From Klebsormidium nitens (Eukaryota; Plantae; Klebsormidiophyceae), in the NCBI GenBank assembly GCA_000708835.1, contig DF237030.1, positions 124,001 through 188,000 on the forward strand: DNA of 64,000 nt, given 5' to 3'. Numbering within the stretch: the stretch's first letter is position 1; every line of letters starts with the position of its first letter. Both the position numbers and the translations under genes were made by a program. Below the pieces are notes generated by a model. That model was not told the origin of the DNA. It did no database searches and was given only the letters and a program-made list of their open reading frames with translations. Positions 1 through 12,344 of this stretch are shown here, in pieces.

Positions 1-692
1 GTCAGCCAAATCTGATTAGGGACTGGCAAGGTGGTTTCATCTGGCGGTCATGAGATCCTTTGGCTTTAGAGGCACAACTCAATTCCAGATTGATTCCAGT
101 GGGATTTGTGTATGTGTCAATCAGAGGCGCCACATCGGCATCAGGTCCAGGTAAAAGAATCGGGGTCGTCTTGTCTGCTCCAGAGGGGACGTCACCCCTC
201 TTTTTATGTCGCGCGCAAGTGTGGACTCCCAGTGCTTGGGTGTGTCGTCCTCAAACACCCGATTCGTACTTCTCCAGGTCCCGTTGATGTGGGATTAAGG
301 AGTGGTTTACGACTTACAAGACACGGCCGGAAATGAAGCTTACCGCCATGTATGCTTATCACGTTCCTGATGTTCGAGCCCCCGATATCAAACGACGTAA
401 TTTTGTATTACTGACCCTTCTCCAGGTCCCTCCTGGATGCAACATTCGAGAGGGGGTCCAAACACAATTATGGGTTCTGATTACAAGAAAATTAAGCGAC
501 ACACTGTTGTGTTTTCAAATTCCGCCAGGTTCTCGATGGATCCAACAGCAAGGGGGTCGTCCTTTTGTACAAATAGATGAATTCCGCACAACTCACTGGA
601 TACGGCCCCCTCAGGTAAAGCTCCTACGCCAGAAGCCAAAGTCTCTGTGTCAAGACCAAAGGACGTTACATCCTTACTGTGACTTTCTTCAG

Positions 693-3600
693 GTTCCTGC
701 TGGCTTCAACATCAAGGGGGTGGTCCTGTACAACCCGCAAGACAACTCCCCCTGGGGCAAGTTCACGGGCGCGCTCGCCGACTTCCTGAACAAGGACAAT
801 CTGACGTTTGGCGGGAACTATCTCAACATTGCCGTCAAGCTCTTCGGGATGGGCTGGATCACAACAGGGCAGGTGAGGGAGAGCCGTCCACAGTGACAAT
901 GTTTTGAGCAGTCATTGGTCTGACCTGTCACATGAGGTCGGACAGAGGCACTCTCTCGTGAGGCACGTGTTGGTGGATGAAAGAGAATGTCAAGGAGACA
1001 GGATCGATCACAAACGAAGCCAAGCGTCTAGAGGTTAGGACGTAAACAGCGTGTTGGACGAAAGAATACAAACAATAGCCGGAGACGATTGAAAGTGAAC
1101 CAGTAACAGGAAAAGTAAAAGGGAAACGTAGTGAAAGCAAACGAGGTCCAGAAGTCTCTGCGCAGTGGTACGTAAAGACGCGTTGGTGGATGGAGAAGGA
1201 CGATAAGGAGACAGACTCGATCACGCTAAAGCAGAACAACGCGAACCAACAAAGATCACACCATTTGCACGTAGCAGTATGTAAGAACATGTTGACGAAC
1301 AGAGAAGAGATGGTAAGAGAAAGCGCGATCAGAATACACTGAAGAAGACACAGTAACATATGCAAGTTCGATTCTCTCCTGCGCAGTCGTACGTGAACGA
1401 CCTGTTGTTGGACGGATGAATAGTAACAGAAAGGGAAATGGAATTGTTGTTCAAAAATAAGCAAACCACCTGCGAACTAACAAACACTGAGTTATATTCG
1501 CGGAGTGGTAGGTGAACGTTGTGTTGGTGACGTGCGAAGCAGGATGGACCGCCAGAGTCGATGAAAGCGAATTGGAAAAAACAGCAGAACCAAACACGTT
1601 GGTTTTTCCCGCGCAGTGGTACGTGAACGATGTTTTGGTGGACGGCCACGAGTTTCCGGTGTACAGCTGGGTTCTCGACAACGAGTCCCAGATTGCGTTC
1701 ACCGGCAAGGCGCACCTGCCGCAGGACACGCCTCCCGGCCTGCGCCATTGGCGCCGCCTCAAGCTCATCCAGAACCAAGACATGTACGACTACCAGCCGG
1801 TAAGTTTCGCGTGGCTTTTCTGGGGGGTGAAACACTGCAAGTATCAGCCCCTGCATTTCTATGCGCTTTCTGGATGAAAGGAAACATAACATTAAGTCGC
1901 TTAAAATCGAAAGATGGTCCTTTGGAAGCGCGCTTTTGGGGAATGCGAAGCCGTTTCAGGACCCGGATGTGTCTGACTATCAGCCCGTGAGTTTGTCGTG
2001 TCTTTTTCGGGGTGATGTATCACACGTCTGTAACACGCCTTTCTGGGAAAGGAGGATGCATTCCTCGTACGAGAGCCGGAGTTGTAACATTGTCAGCCCG
2101 AATGCGCGAGTCCGTCAAATGGCTGTTGCCTTCGTCTAGTTTTTGGAAAATTTTGCGGCTGCTCCGGGAGCTAATCGGCAGCAACGGCCAGCGAGATGAA
2201 AAGGGATAAGTTCCTGCAAAGGGTGCAGTCGGGATTGACTGCGTGGCTTCAGTAGCTGGCAGTTTTGAAATCCGATATCGAAGCCTGCCGTTCCAAAGCC
2301 CGATGCGACTTCGGTTATTCGCGGCTTCAATACAAGCTTGGAAAGCAGCGCTTCAACACTTTGCTCGGCTGTTTCCTTCGCAGTACAACGACCTGAGCGT
2401 GCCCCCGGACAATGCTGACGTCAACAGCGCCGGATACAGACCTACCTTGGACCCTTATCCAGCGTGAGTGGGCTCCGGGTTGGCATGAAGCGTTTTCATG
2501 GCCAGTCATTCTATTCCGCATGCTTTCTCTTATATGTCGAGCCTGCGGACATTGATTCCCGTTACTTCCGCCCCGTCCCCAATCCGCCGACCATCTTTTG
2601 AACTCAGCTGCAACTGCGACTAGATTTGTTCTGCCCCTTCAAACTGCTCTGCTCGAATTTTCCCCTACATAAAGCTCTGACATTGTGAGAAACGTCCGCT
2701 GGTCTGTTCCTTGTGTCTTTCCCGTCATGCACCAGCTCAAGCCCCCCCGCAATCTTCCCTCACCCCCCGAAACCACAAGTCTAAGCTTCTACAATTCCGC
2801 TCGTGCAGGCACCAGTGGGTGGAGCGCAGCGGCCCCAAGCTGGAGCAGGTTCCGAAGGACGAGCAGTTCCGGCTGGACAAGCGCTACGACTTCGGGCACT
2901 ACACGCTCACCTCCGTCCTCACCGCGCTGCTCTCCGACCCGATGGCCGGCTTCCTCAAGCTCGTCTCGTCGTTCGGGTAGGGTTTCAGGGTTTGAAGAAT
3001 TGGGTTTCGCGGTTTGAAGAAGTGGGTTTCGCGGTTTGAAGAAGTGGGTTTCGGGGTTTGAAGAAGTGGGTTTCACTAGTCTGGGGTCTCAGCTTTGCCA
3101 AAAGGATTACGTTGGAAATCAGAAGAGTTTCAGGTTTTTCGACTTTCCTCAAGCTCGCCTGATCTTTCTCAAGCTCGTCTCGTCGTTCGGGTAGGCTTTC
3201 AGGATTTAAAATTTGAGATTCACAGGTTTGGGGTTTCGCCTTTCCGAAAAGGTTTGCGTTGGAATCCAAAGATTTTGAGGATTCTAAAACCCTGAAACCT
3301 TCGCCTGATTTCGGGTAGGGATCTTTCGGGTAGGGGTTTTAGGAGGGGATAGTTGGGGTTCTTGGATTTTACGGAGTTTCTACTGTCTAGAAGCTCGATC
3401 CGCCCTTTTTGGGCACGAGGTTCGAAGACTGTGGCTTATAGTTCTTCTCAAGCTCGTCTCATCTTTCGGATGGGGTTCAAGGACAGGCACTTTTGGGCTA
3501 TTTGAAACCCCCAAGCTGCATGTCAAATATCCGGAAGCTTCGCTCTTTTCGGTGGTCAGGAATAACGTTTCTGAGGTTCCAAACGTTCCTCAAGCCCTTG

Positions 3601-6600
3601 AAGATCTTGATTGAAACTGACAATGACCCCAAACGGCTGTTAGACCGAGGCTATGAGATGCAGATCCTGTTATTGCTCTTGCAGCATCTACCCAAAGTAC
3701 GTTTACAAGTCGCTGGGCGAGTACACCAAGAAGGTGTTCGAGGGCTTCGTCCACTACAAGAAGCCGTTCGTGAGCAAGTTCATGGACTGGTGGAGCGACA
3801 AGGCGTTCGGCTTCCAGACGGTGGCCGGCATCAACCCCATCCAGATCGCCAGAGTGGGCGCCAAGGAAGACCTGCCCTCAACCATCGACGTAAGCTTTCT
3901 TGAAAGTCACCACGTGGCGTTTCTGACGTCAGAGTTTGATTTTCTTGGCTTGAGCTTGTAGAGTTGTCATCTTCTCACGGCGCATTGATAAGCTTCGTGG
4001 CGCTGAGGCCGCATCCTGGAACATGCCGGTAGCCACTTTCGAGGCGGCGACCAACTTAGAAGCGTTTCAGCCTCTACTAAAGGGTTCTAAAGGCTTTCTC
4101 GAACGTGCTCTTCCAGAGTCAGAACTCAAAGTTCATTGACTTGAGCTTCAGAATCGTTGATCCAAAAACCCAGAAACCTTGATTCTGGAAAACCCTTGTG
4201 CAGTTTGAAGAGCTAGACGCTGCGCTAAGGCCCGCCAGGCCGCTGCCGGCACGACGCTCGCGGGCGCATTGACGGACGGCAAGCTCTTCCAGTTGGACTC
4301 CACCTTCTTGGAGGCATTCTCGAACCTCTTCAAAGAAGATGCTACACCCAAACTTCTATTGATTTCCTGGCCTGAGTCTAAAAACTTGTGTTCCTCGGAC
4401 CTCCATAATGCAGTTCGAGGAGCTAGACGCGGCGTTAAGGCCCCGTTTGGAAGCGGCCGGCACGACGCTGGAGGGCGCGATGAAGGCCGGCAAGCTGTTC
4501 AAGCTGGACTTTACGTTCTTGGAGGCATTCTCAAACTTCCCTACAAAATATGCTATCTCCAAAGTTCATTGCCTTTCCTGGAATGAGTCTGAAGGATCCT
4601 TTTCCTCCCATGCTGTTGCAGTTCGAGGAACTAGATGCGGCGTTGAGACCCCGTTTAGCTACTGCGGGCACGACGCTTGAGGGCGCGATGAAGGACGGCA
4701 AGCTGTTCAAGCTGGACTTCACGTTCCTGGAGGCGTTCCAGGGGGTGGTAAACGGGCACCAGCCGTGGAAGGAGCACACCACCGACAAGGGCGGCTACAA
4801 GATCAAGGCGCTCGGAGAAGACGTCTGGGTTAAACACATGTACTCGGTGAGGGGCAAACCTGTGATATTCTGAAACAGTCCTGCAAGCGAGAAAACATTG
4901 GGGTTTGTGAGTCACTGGAAATGGTACGGCGTGAAAAGTGCCCCTGGGGAGGGACGTCTGGGTGGAGCACATGTACTCGGTGAGCGGAGAACTTTTGAGA
5001 AGCCATGAAACCGAGAAGCTCTGGAGATTGTATAAGACTGAGAAAGCACGACGTGAGGAATGCCGCTGGGGAGGACGTCTGGGTGCCGCACATGTACTCG
5101 GTGAGGGGCAGACCTTGATATCCTCTGAAGCCAGCGGCAAAGCATAAATTCACTGAAAGCTGAAAGCTTTGGAGTTTCAGAAGACACTACGAAGGGAACG
5201 ATCTAAGAAGTGTCGCTGTGCAGGACGTGTTACGGTATGTGTTGTAAGTGGTCTGGAATCCTGAATCTCATGAGTTGTAAACACAAACAATTCGATCATG
5301 CTCAAACCCCTTCGTGTCAGCCTGTAAGCCGACAGTAACCCTAGTTTCTAACCTTTATTTACAGCAACCCCGCCACCTGCACACGCCCGCGGCGATCTTG
5401 TTCGAGGACCCCGATCCCGAGTATGAGGGCATTCCGGTTCCGGTCGCGATCAAGCTGGAGCGCGACACGCCGCTGATCACCGGCAAGAGCGGGCCGGACC
5501 TGCAGTCCACCGACTGGGCCTGGACGCTGGCCAAGGTGAGGGCACCGATTGGTGCCACGTGTCCATGAATATTGTCGCTTTGGGCTGCTTGTGCGTTAGC
5601 CTCTTCGCCGAGGAATTTTGGCAGGGCTCTTAGGGAGGAAGGGTTGCCTTCATTTGGAGCCTCAAGCTGGAAAGAGCTGCTTGAGCCGTCTCATGCTAAG
5701 CCCTCTCCCTGTTGTGCATGCTTTTCTGATTTTGCTGCCTCGTGCGCTGGGTGCAAGTGTCCTCATTTGTGTCCTCATTTGTGTCATTTGTTGTACGTTA
5801 TAGAGCCTCCACTTGCCCAGGGCCGCGTGGATAAGGTGCTCGTGTCAGCATCATCCCTTCATCGAAGCTTCGAAATCACCCAGCAAGTTTCTGACAATCG
5901 GCAATTCAGAACAGATTGACGCAAATTTTAAGAGTTCTCTTCATCAGCCATCGGTACGGGGAACAGCCCATCGCAAAGTCACGATGCCCATAAGCGATGC
6001 ATTGTTAACTTGGTCATTCCTCTCGCAGGCCATCGTCTTCAACGCCGATTCCGGCACCCACCAGTTGGTGACTCACTGGCTCAAGTGCCACGCATGCTCG
6101 GAGGTGAGGCTGGACCCACCTCCAACCTAATCGTGGATCATGTAACTAGAACCGGTGACTCTTTCCTACCCACAAGCGGGAAGAAGAACCGTTCTGAGCA
6201 TCAATGTGACCAACGGCAATGTTCAATCGGCTTGTGTGCCATACATGCGGGTGATTAGATCGCTGTTGACCAAGAGTTTTCCAAGCATTATGAACCCCGG
6301 GTTAGCCAGTTGATTCGGTGCGGAAAAACCGCTCGATGCCGCACGTTCGTCGGCTGAGGCAGCGTCAGCGATATGAACAACCCACCACTCTGAAACCGAG
6401 GGTCTATTCAAAGAAATGCTATTCGATCAAACACTAAAACTGTCAATCATCGATCTTCATTCTCGTCACGTGCACGTGCATTGGAGGGGCTGACCCCTTG
6501 AAAGCCTTGACAGCTCACGCATAGATGGACAGGGGAAAGCGAAGGGCCAAGCGGCTGAACCTATACCACCACAGTAATCCCATGCACATGATTGATCCCA

Positions 6601-9600
6601 TTATCATTTGACGGCGACCCCTACCTGGTGTCGCAGACTGTGCTGGTCGCCCTGCGGCGGCAGCTGTCGGAGCTGCACCCGCTGTTCAAGCTGCTGCTGC
6701 CCCACTTCCGGTACACGATGAACATCAATTCCAAGGCGCGCGTGCAGCTCATCTCCGCGCAGGGCACCGTCGAGACCAACTTTACGCCGGGGCCCTACTC
6801 CATGCAGGTCAGCAGCTTTGCCAGGGGATTACGTTCTTGGGTTTTCCAACCTGATAAGCTCAAAGAAATGCCAGACTTTTGAGCCTTTCAAGGTGCGCGC
6901 AGCGTTGAGACCAACTTCACGCCGGGACTCTTCTCGATGCAGGTCAGCAGAGTTGAACGTTGGAGTTCTCAGGCGCCCAGGAATTCTTGTGGGATTCCAC
7001 AGTCCGGAAATGTTCCATAATTCTTGTTCACGGGGGAAACTGCAAAAACAATATTTAAGTCGCAGGTCTGCGCCATGCGTGTCACCACTTCTGAATGACC
7101 AGGCGTTTTATGTCCCTTTTAACACGGCATCTCGTCCGAGCAAGGTCCGCTCGTTCTCCAGGCCGCGGTTGCTAACCTACTCGGCAGACACTTCATTGAG
7201 TGATCTCAACATATGAGTTGGCTCAAGTACTCTAAATGATTCATGGAGTTCATGAGGAAACCTACTCGCTCTTGGGCTTCAGCTCTTTCAGCTAAGAATG
7301 CGGAATCTGACAGTTCAGGGTTGAACGAGATCGGACCTCCATACGCCGCTATTACCGTCAAACCGGACGGGTGCATCTGGTCGAGTGAAGGCACCGCCTG
7401 GCCTCTCCGGACACCACACGTAGAACTCCCAAGCCCGTATCACAGGCACACGAGCAACAATAAATTTGTAAGCCCATCGGATCTTTATTGAAAATGCAGC
7501 CTGTTTTTTCTCGCAGGTGTCCGCCTTCGGGTACCGCTTCTGGAACCTCAAGGACGAGGCCCTCCCCGTCGGGTTGAAGAAGCGCGGCGTGGATGCCGAG
7601 TCGGGCGCGCTGCCCAACTACCCCTACAGGTAACTGCCGGTTTCTTTTCTGTTTACGCAGAAAACTTTTCTTCTAAGGAAATTGAGTTGGAGTTTGTTTG
7701 AGTTGGAGTTTGTTTGAGTTGTCAACTACTCATACTGGAGACTACCGCTTCTTTTCCAAAAAAAAGAAATCGCTTCTACAATGTAAAAGGCTGAAGGTTG
7801 TTGTGCCGCCCAAGTACTCGTACACGTGACTCTGGCCTCCTTCCACCAGATGAAAGCACTTCCATTTAATGAGATAAGATTAAGGTTATTGCGCTGCCCA
7901 ACTATAATTGACTGCGGCATCCTTCTCATTCAAAAGAAAGCGTTTCACTTAGATAGAGAGAATGGTTACAGGATGTTTGCGCTGCTCAACCAATTCTTTA
8001 CCGAACGCTTGTAAACTAAAGTTGGGTTAGAGTAGCAATGACGTTGGTGGACCAGTGTTCCGCGTTGAGAAGCGCAGGAAATAGAGGGACGGAAGGTAAG
8101 AATCTCTGCTCAAGACCCCGATCCTGAGCTGCTCGGGTCGCCATCAGTTTCTTCCGGTTCTCCGCCAGTGACGTCATCACTCCAGGTTACTCACAAGATG
8201 ACAAGCGCTCCCCGTGCAGAGACCACGGCATGAAGATGTGGGACGCCATCGAGGCTTACGTCACGGAGTACGTGGAGCTGTACTACGGGCCGGAGGGCCC
8301 CGCGTCCGAGAAGCGCATCGCCAACGACGGCGAGCTGCAGGCCTTCTGGACGGACTACAAGCGCGGCCACGGGAGTGAGTGTTTCGGGCTCTAAGTCCGT
8401 TCTCTAGTGATTCATTTGGAGAGTACGTGTGTGCAGCTATCGAAGTGCCCAGATAGTCACAGACAATAAGCGCGGCCACGGGAGTGAGTAGCTTGGACCC
8501 GTTTTTTCCGAATCCTACTAGTCGTGAAAGATTAGTCTTGGAGTATGAGTCCAATTTGTCGGCAAGTGCCCAACCATTTTGAGTATATGCAGGTAGGCGT
8601 TGGAAGTCTATTGTCTAGGTGCATAGTCCAGTTGTCGGACGTCCGCTTGCAAACTTCTGCGGCGCCGACTTCGGCCCTTTGTCTCGAGTCTCTGATCGAC
8701 CCGTGTCGCTGCGAACCCAGTCAACGTATTCCTAATTCTTCGGTTTAGACGACAATCCTGTTGTTGTTCTCTCGATGTTCCGCATCCTGTGGTAGGCTCT
8801 CGTGATTTGAATTGGGCTTTCGCAACCAAAGTGTCCGTTGACTTATTCGGAAACCGTGAAGACACTAAGGCGCCATTATTGGTGTGAGGAGGTTTGTTAT
8901 CGCGGCAAGCAATACAACTTGGAACAAATGTTGATCAACCTCTGCCTTGCTCGGTGCAGGTCTGGACTCGTGGCTCAAGGAAAACGGAAGTGAGTTGCTG
9001 CTAGCCCCTTTCTTTTCCGGATTGTGTCCCTTGCTTGTCAGCAGATGAGTTCTCCGATGACTCTCTGCCTTGACGTTGAATCCTATCAGCTTTTCTTCGT
9101 CAACACAAAACGCATGGCCTTTCGGCAACACTCAGCTTCGTGCTTCTGAGCAAGCCTCTCAACTCAAGGTTGGGATGTCAGTTCTACCGGTGCCTGCGCT
9201 GCGTCCGCTCTCTCTCGAAGCTCGCTGAGAAAGCAAAGCGACAGGTCTTGCTGATACGATAAACCTTTGCTACATGAGTGATTGAGTCTGACCTTCCTTC
9301 CTGCGGCAGTGATGGCGTAGAGTGGCGAAGCTTAGGCAACCGCTCCATGATAGCTTGTCAAAAGAATTTGTCAGTCCAAGTTCAGATACTTCGTCAGCTG
9401 TGTTGGTACCCCGTCCCATTCCTTCAATGTAAAGCGGCAGATCTGCCGGCGCTTTCTGTCGCAGCTTTCAGCACCCGCTTCAAGGCAGCTTCTTAGGGGA
9501 AACTGCAAATCTACAATTTCCTTTTCTGACTCGGCCCCCCTTGCTCTTCTTTGCGGCAGAGCCTGAGGGCCTGGAATGGCCGGCGCTGACTACGACCTCG

Positions 9601-10755
9601 GACTTGGCGCGCATCTGCACCACGTGGATCTGGGTTGCCTCCTGCCAGCACTCCGCCGTCAACTTCTGCCAGTACGACTACTCGGTAAGGCATTGCGGAA
9701 TCTTAGCGCATCCTTATTCCCGCAGTTTGTTAGCGAGGCTATCGTCTTTCGCTCGGCTGAGAGATAAAGAGTGTTTTTCCAATTAATTCAAGAACAGGTT
9801 TTCTATTAGTCGTCTGCACTTCGTGCGGCAAACTACGCCCGTTCTGAGGGCTTTGCAGAGACTGTCGCCGCACAGACGTTGTGCGGCAGTCAAAGCTTCA
9901 AAACAGCTGAGCCAGGAGTTCTAAAATCTGAACGGTCGAGATCGTTGCAGTGGGCCACGTCGCCAAAGTACGAGTCATCAATTTGGGGGATCCCTTTTTG
10001 TCGATAGCGACTTGCTTATTTGCTTAGCCCATGCTTTCTGAATCTCGGTAAGTCCAGCTTCGCACACCTGATCAACCTTTTTTCTCCGGTCAATCCCACG
10101 CACATTGCAGCTAAGCAATTGTCGAGTCTTTCTTGACCCTGTTGTTCTCCTCCTAACCACTCTGCTTTTCCCCCGTAACCTCAGGGTTTCGTGCCTAACC
10201 ATCCGGCCAGCATCCGCAAGCGGTACCCGTATGGCGAGAAGGTCGACGAGTCGACCTTCATGGACCTCATGCCGCCGCCCTCCGAGATGTGGAAGGTCAT
10301 GACCGTGGTCGAGGTGCGTGCCACGTGTCCCTGCTCACAGATAATTACGGAACTTGGGTCAAGCTTTTGGCTCTAAGGGTTTAGATTATAACGTTCGAAC
10401 CTTCTTCGTCGGCGCACCTCTAACCGAGTTTTTACTGTGACTAAAGCGAAGCCCTCAAACCGTGATCCTGACCCTGCCTTCGCTTTTCCAGACGCTGGTG
10501 AGCAAGTCGGTGGAGGAGCAGTTCATCGGCGAGAAGCCCGACAAATACTCCGAGTTTTGGTTCCTGGATCCGGAAGCCAAGGCGATCTACGACCGCTTCG
10601 GCGCGCGCCTGGAGCAAGTCCAGAAGGAACTAGAGGCGATGAACGAAACGGCGTCGATTCCGTACAACTACCTCCTGCCCAAGAAGGGCGCCAAGAACCC
10701 GGATCCGGAGCTGGACCCCTTCGGCTTTGGAATCCCCAATAGCGTGGCGATCTAA
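693..10755 (+). CDS. LOX: Lipoxygenase (PLAT + LOX catalytic domain), 5'-partial, 14 exons in window
   Basis: Phase-consistent GT-AG exons: 693-872, 1617-1799, 2384-2463, 2809-2976, 3685-3889, 4622-4846, 5365-5535, 6029-6103, 6637-6807, 7517-7629, 8220-8374, 9560-9684, 10185-10313, 10492-10755. The spliced protein has FPVYSWV, HLPQDTP, YDYQPYNDL, VPKDEQF, AGINP, HQLVTHWLKCH, RRQLSELHPLFKLLLPHFRYTMNIN, QHSAVNF and the C-terminus GIPNSVAI*, all canonical LOX motifs including the iron ligands. No start codon was identified; earlier exons probably lie upstream of the window. Confidence 0.95.
2980..3074. repeat. 22-bp intronic minisatellite (GGGTTTCGCGGTTTGAAGAAGT) x ~4.3
   Basis: Units start at 2980, 3002, 3024, 3046 and 3068 (partial), right after the LOX donor at 2977. 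Confidence 0.9.
3990..4621 (+). repeat. ~208-210 bp tandem duplications of the LOX exon-4622 acceptor plus 5' exon half
   Basis: Copies begin at 4204 and 4414 (both after CAG), with a more decayed copy near 4000. The real exon begins at 4622. The 4414 copy translates FEELDAALRPRLEAAGTTLEGAMKAGKLFKLDFTFLEAF versus real FEELDAALRPRLATAGTTLEGAMKDGKLFKLDFTFLEAF. Confidence 0.9.
7682..7721. repeat. 16-bp tandem repeat TTGAGTTGGAGTTTGT x2.5
   Basis: Direct reading of the intron after LOX exon 7517-7629. Confidence 0.8.
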
Positions 10756-12344
10756 GTTATGGTGGCCTGAGGTGTGGACGAAGGGGAGGAGTTGTTCTGT
10801 AACTAAGTCGGGTCCGGAGATGCTTATTTGATGTATATTCTGACTGATGTATATTCTGAGGGTCGGAGGAGAAGGGTGGAGCGGAAAGAGAGTGGTTGGA
10901 GTCTGAGAATAAGGGCTCAGTGTTGGAAGAGTCCTTGCGAGGAACATTCCAGTGACGCCCGGGGGGAGTTGGCCAAGCGGTGAAAAGTTGTCAGTCGTAG
11001 CAAACGTCAGGCGTGCTTTGTACAGTCTTCTAAGCTCCCCAGGAAGTTCCTAGGGGTGACAATGATTGCGATAACTAGTAAGTCAAAAGAATCTGTAGTC
11101 CTCGAGTGCTAGGGTTTTGCTCTAACAGATGAAGAGGCGCCCATTTGTCGTGCGGACGTTTGTCAGCGGACGCCCAGGAGCTCTGACGTGGCGGCCTCTG
11201 TTTGCTTGGTTTGTGTGCACAACTTGAAAACAATAGCTTGTAGATCTGAGTTCCGCTAGAGATACTAACGTAAATATGGGGTGGAACAGACCTTCGCTCG
11301 TCGGCGTGTAATTAATGAATAGATATGGACTCATGTGTTTCTGTTAAACAGGCTCTTAGATAGTTGGTAAGTACATACTTATTTACGTAAATTTTCAAGT
11401 TTGCTACGAAAATTTCTTTATAGATCGTGTGTTGTATTCGTCAGCCGTCCGTTCACTTGAGACCTCTTTTCTTCTTTTGACGACCTTTAAGCTAGCCTAG
11501 CTAGGCCGGCCCATTTTCACTTCAAACCACCAGATATCGAGCGACTGCGACGGTACTATGCGTCCAGGCGGCCAATTCTCATATGACTTGCTACATGCAC
11601 ATATGTAGTAATGATCATGAGCTGGCCGCCGACTCACTCGTCAATCATGACCATGCCACAGCATAGACGTTGCCGGCCGCGGCATGGAAGAGAAATGATG
11701 AATGACTGAAAGGCCCATGAGGTTACTATGATATGCAGTCGGTTATCTTAGCTTTGGACATTGGGACCATGTCGCAAAGAAGTCCCCCGGCGCCGCTGCA
11801 CAACGAACTATCGACCACTTGTCACCGTCGCGTGTAATTGGACCACTTTCCTACTTCTATCCGACTAATTTCAGCAAACTCGACCTGTAAGTACTCAAAA
11901 TTTCGTATATCAGGCATGGATCTGACAAAGTTCGTTTGTGACTCTTCCTCCTAGCCAGATGCCAAGCATGGCTGCATCCACAAAGCAACCTATCTTACCT
12001 ACCCAAAGCTTCTCAAAAAGCAGACTTGCATGGCCGCACTGGGTGATCCATCTAAACCTCGGACGTCTCAAGCTAAGCTCCAAGCAACGAGCATGCAAGA
12101 AGATTTGGCTGGTACTTACATCTACTCCAGACATGACAGCTTCATCCCAGACCTTCGCTCCTACGAAAGTCTGCTTGTCTACGCTCGGTTGCTTGCCAGG
12201 TGCTGTCTAAAAGTACACGGCCATGCGAGATAAGTTCCGTACAATCTGACGGCTTGCTAACAGGTTCCCATAGAGTTTGTGCAGAAGCTACGGGCTACGC
12301 TCTATATAAACACTCCTTTAAAGCAGGCTCCCGTTGAAAGCGGC

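Noticed and set aside
333-1892. ORFs 333-896, 928-1464 and 1329-1892 as independent genes
   Set aside because: They are explained by LOX exons plus intronic echo repeats.
2980-5110. CRISPR-like array of repeats
   Set aside because: The repeats are contiguous or degenerate copies of exon edges with no unique constant-length spacers, there are no cas genes, and the context is eukaryotic.
11495-11506. 12-bp palindrome GCCTAGCTAGGC
   Set aside because: A single occurrence, within chance expectation.
11910-12340. Kinase or other cytoplasmic domain downstream of the LRR-XK stop
   Set aside because: No kinase motifs in any frame; only short, stop-interrupted ORFs.
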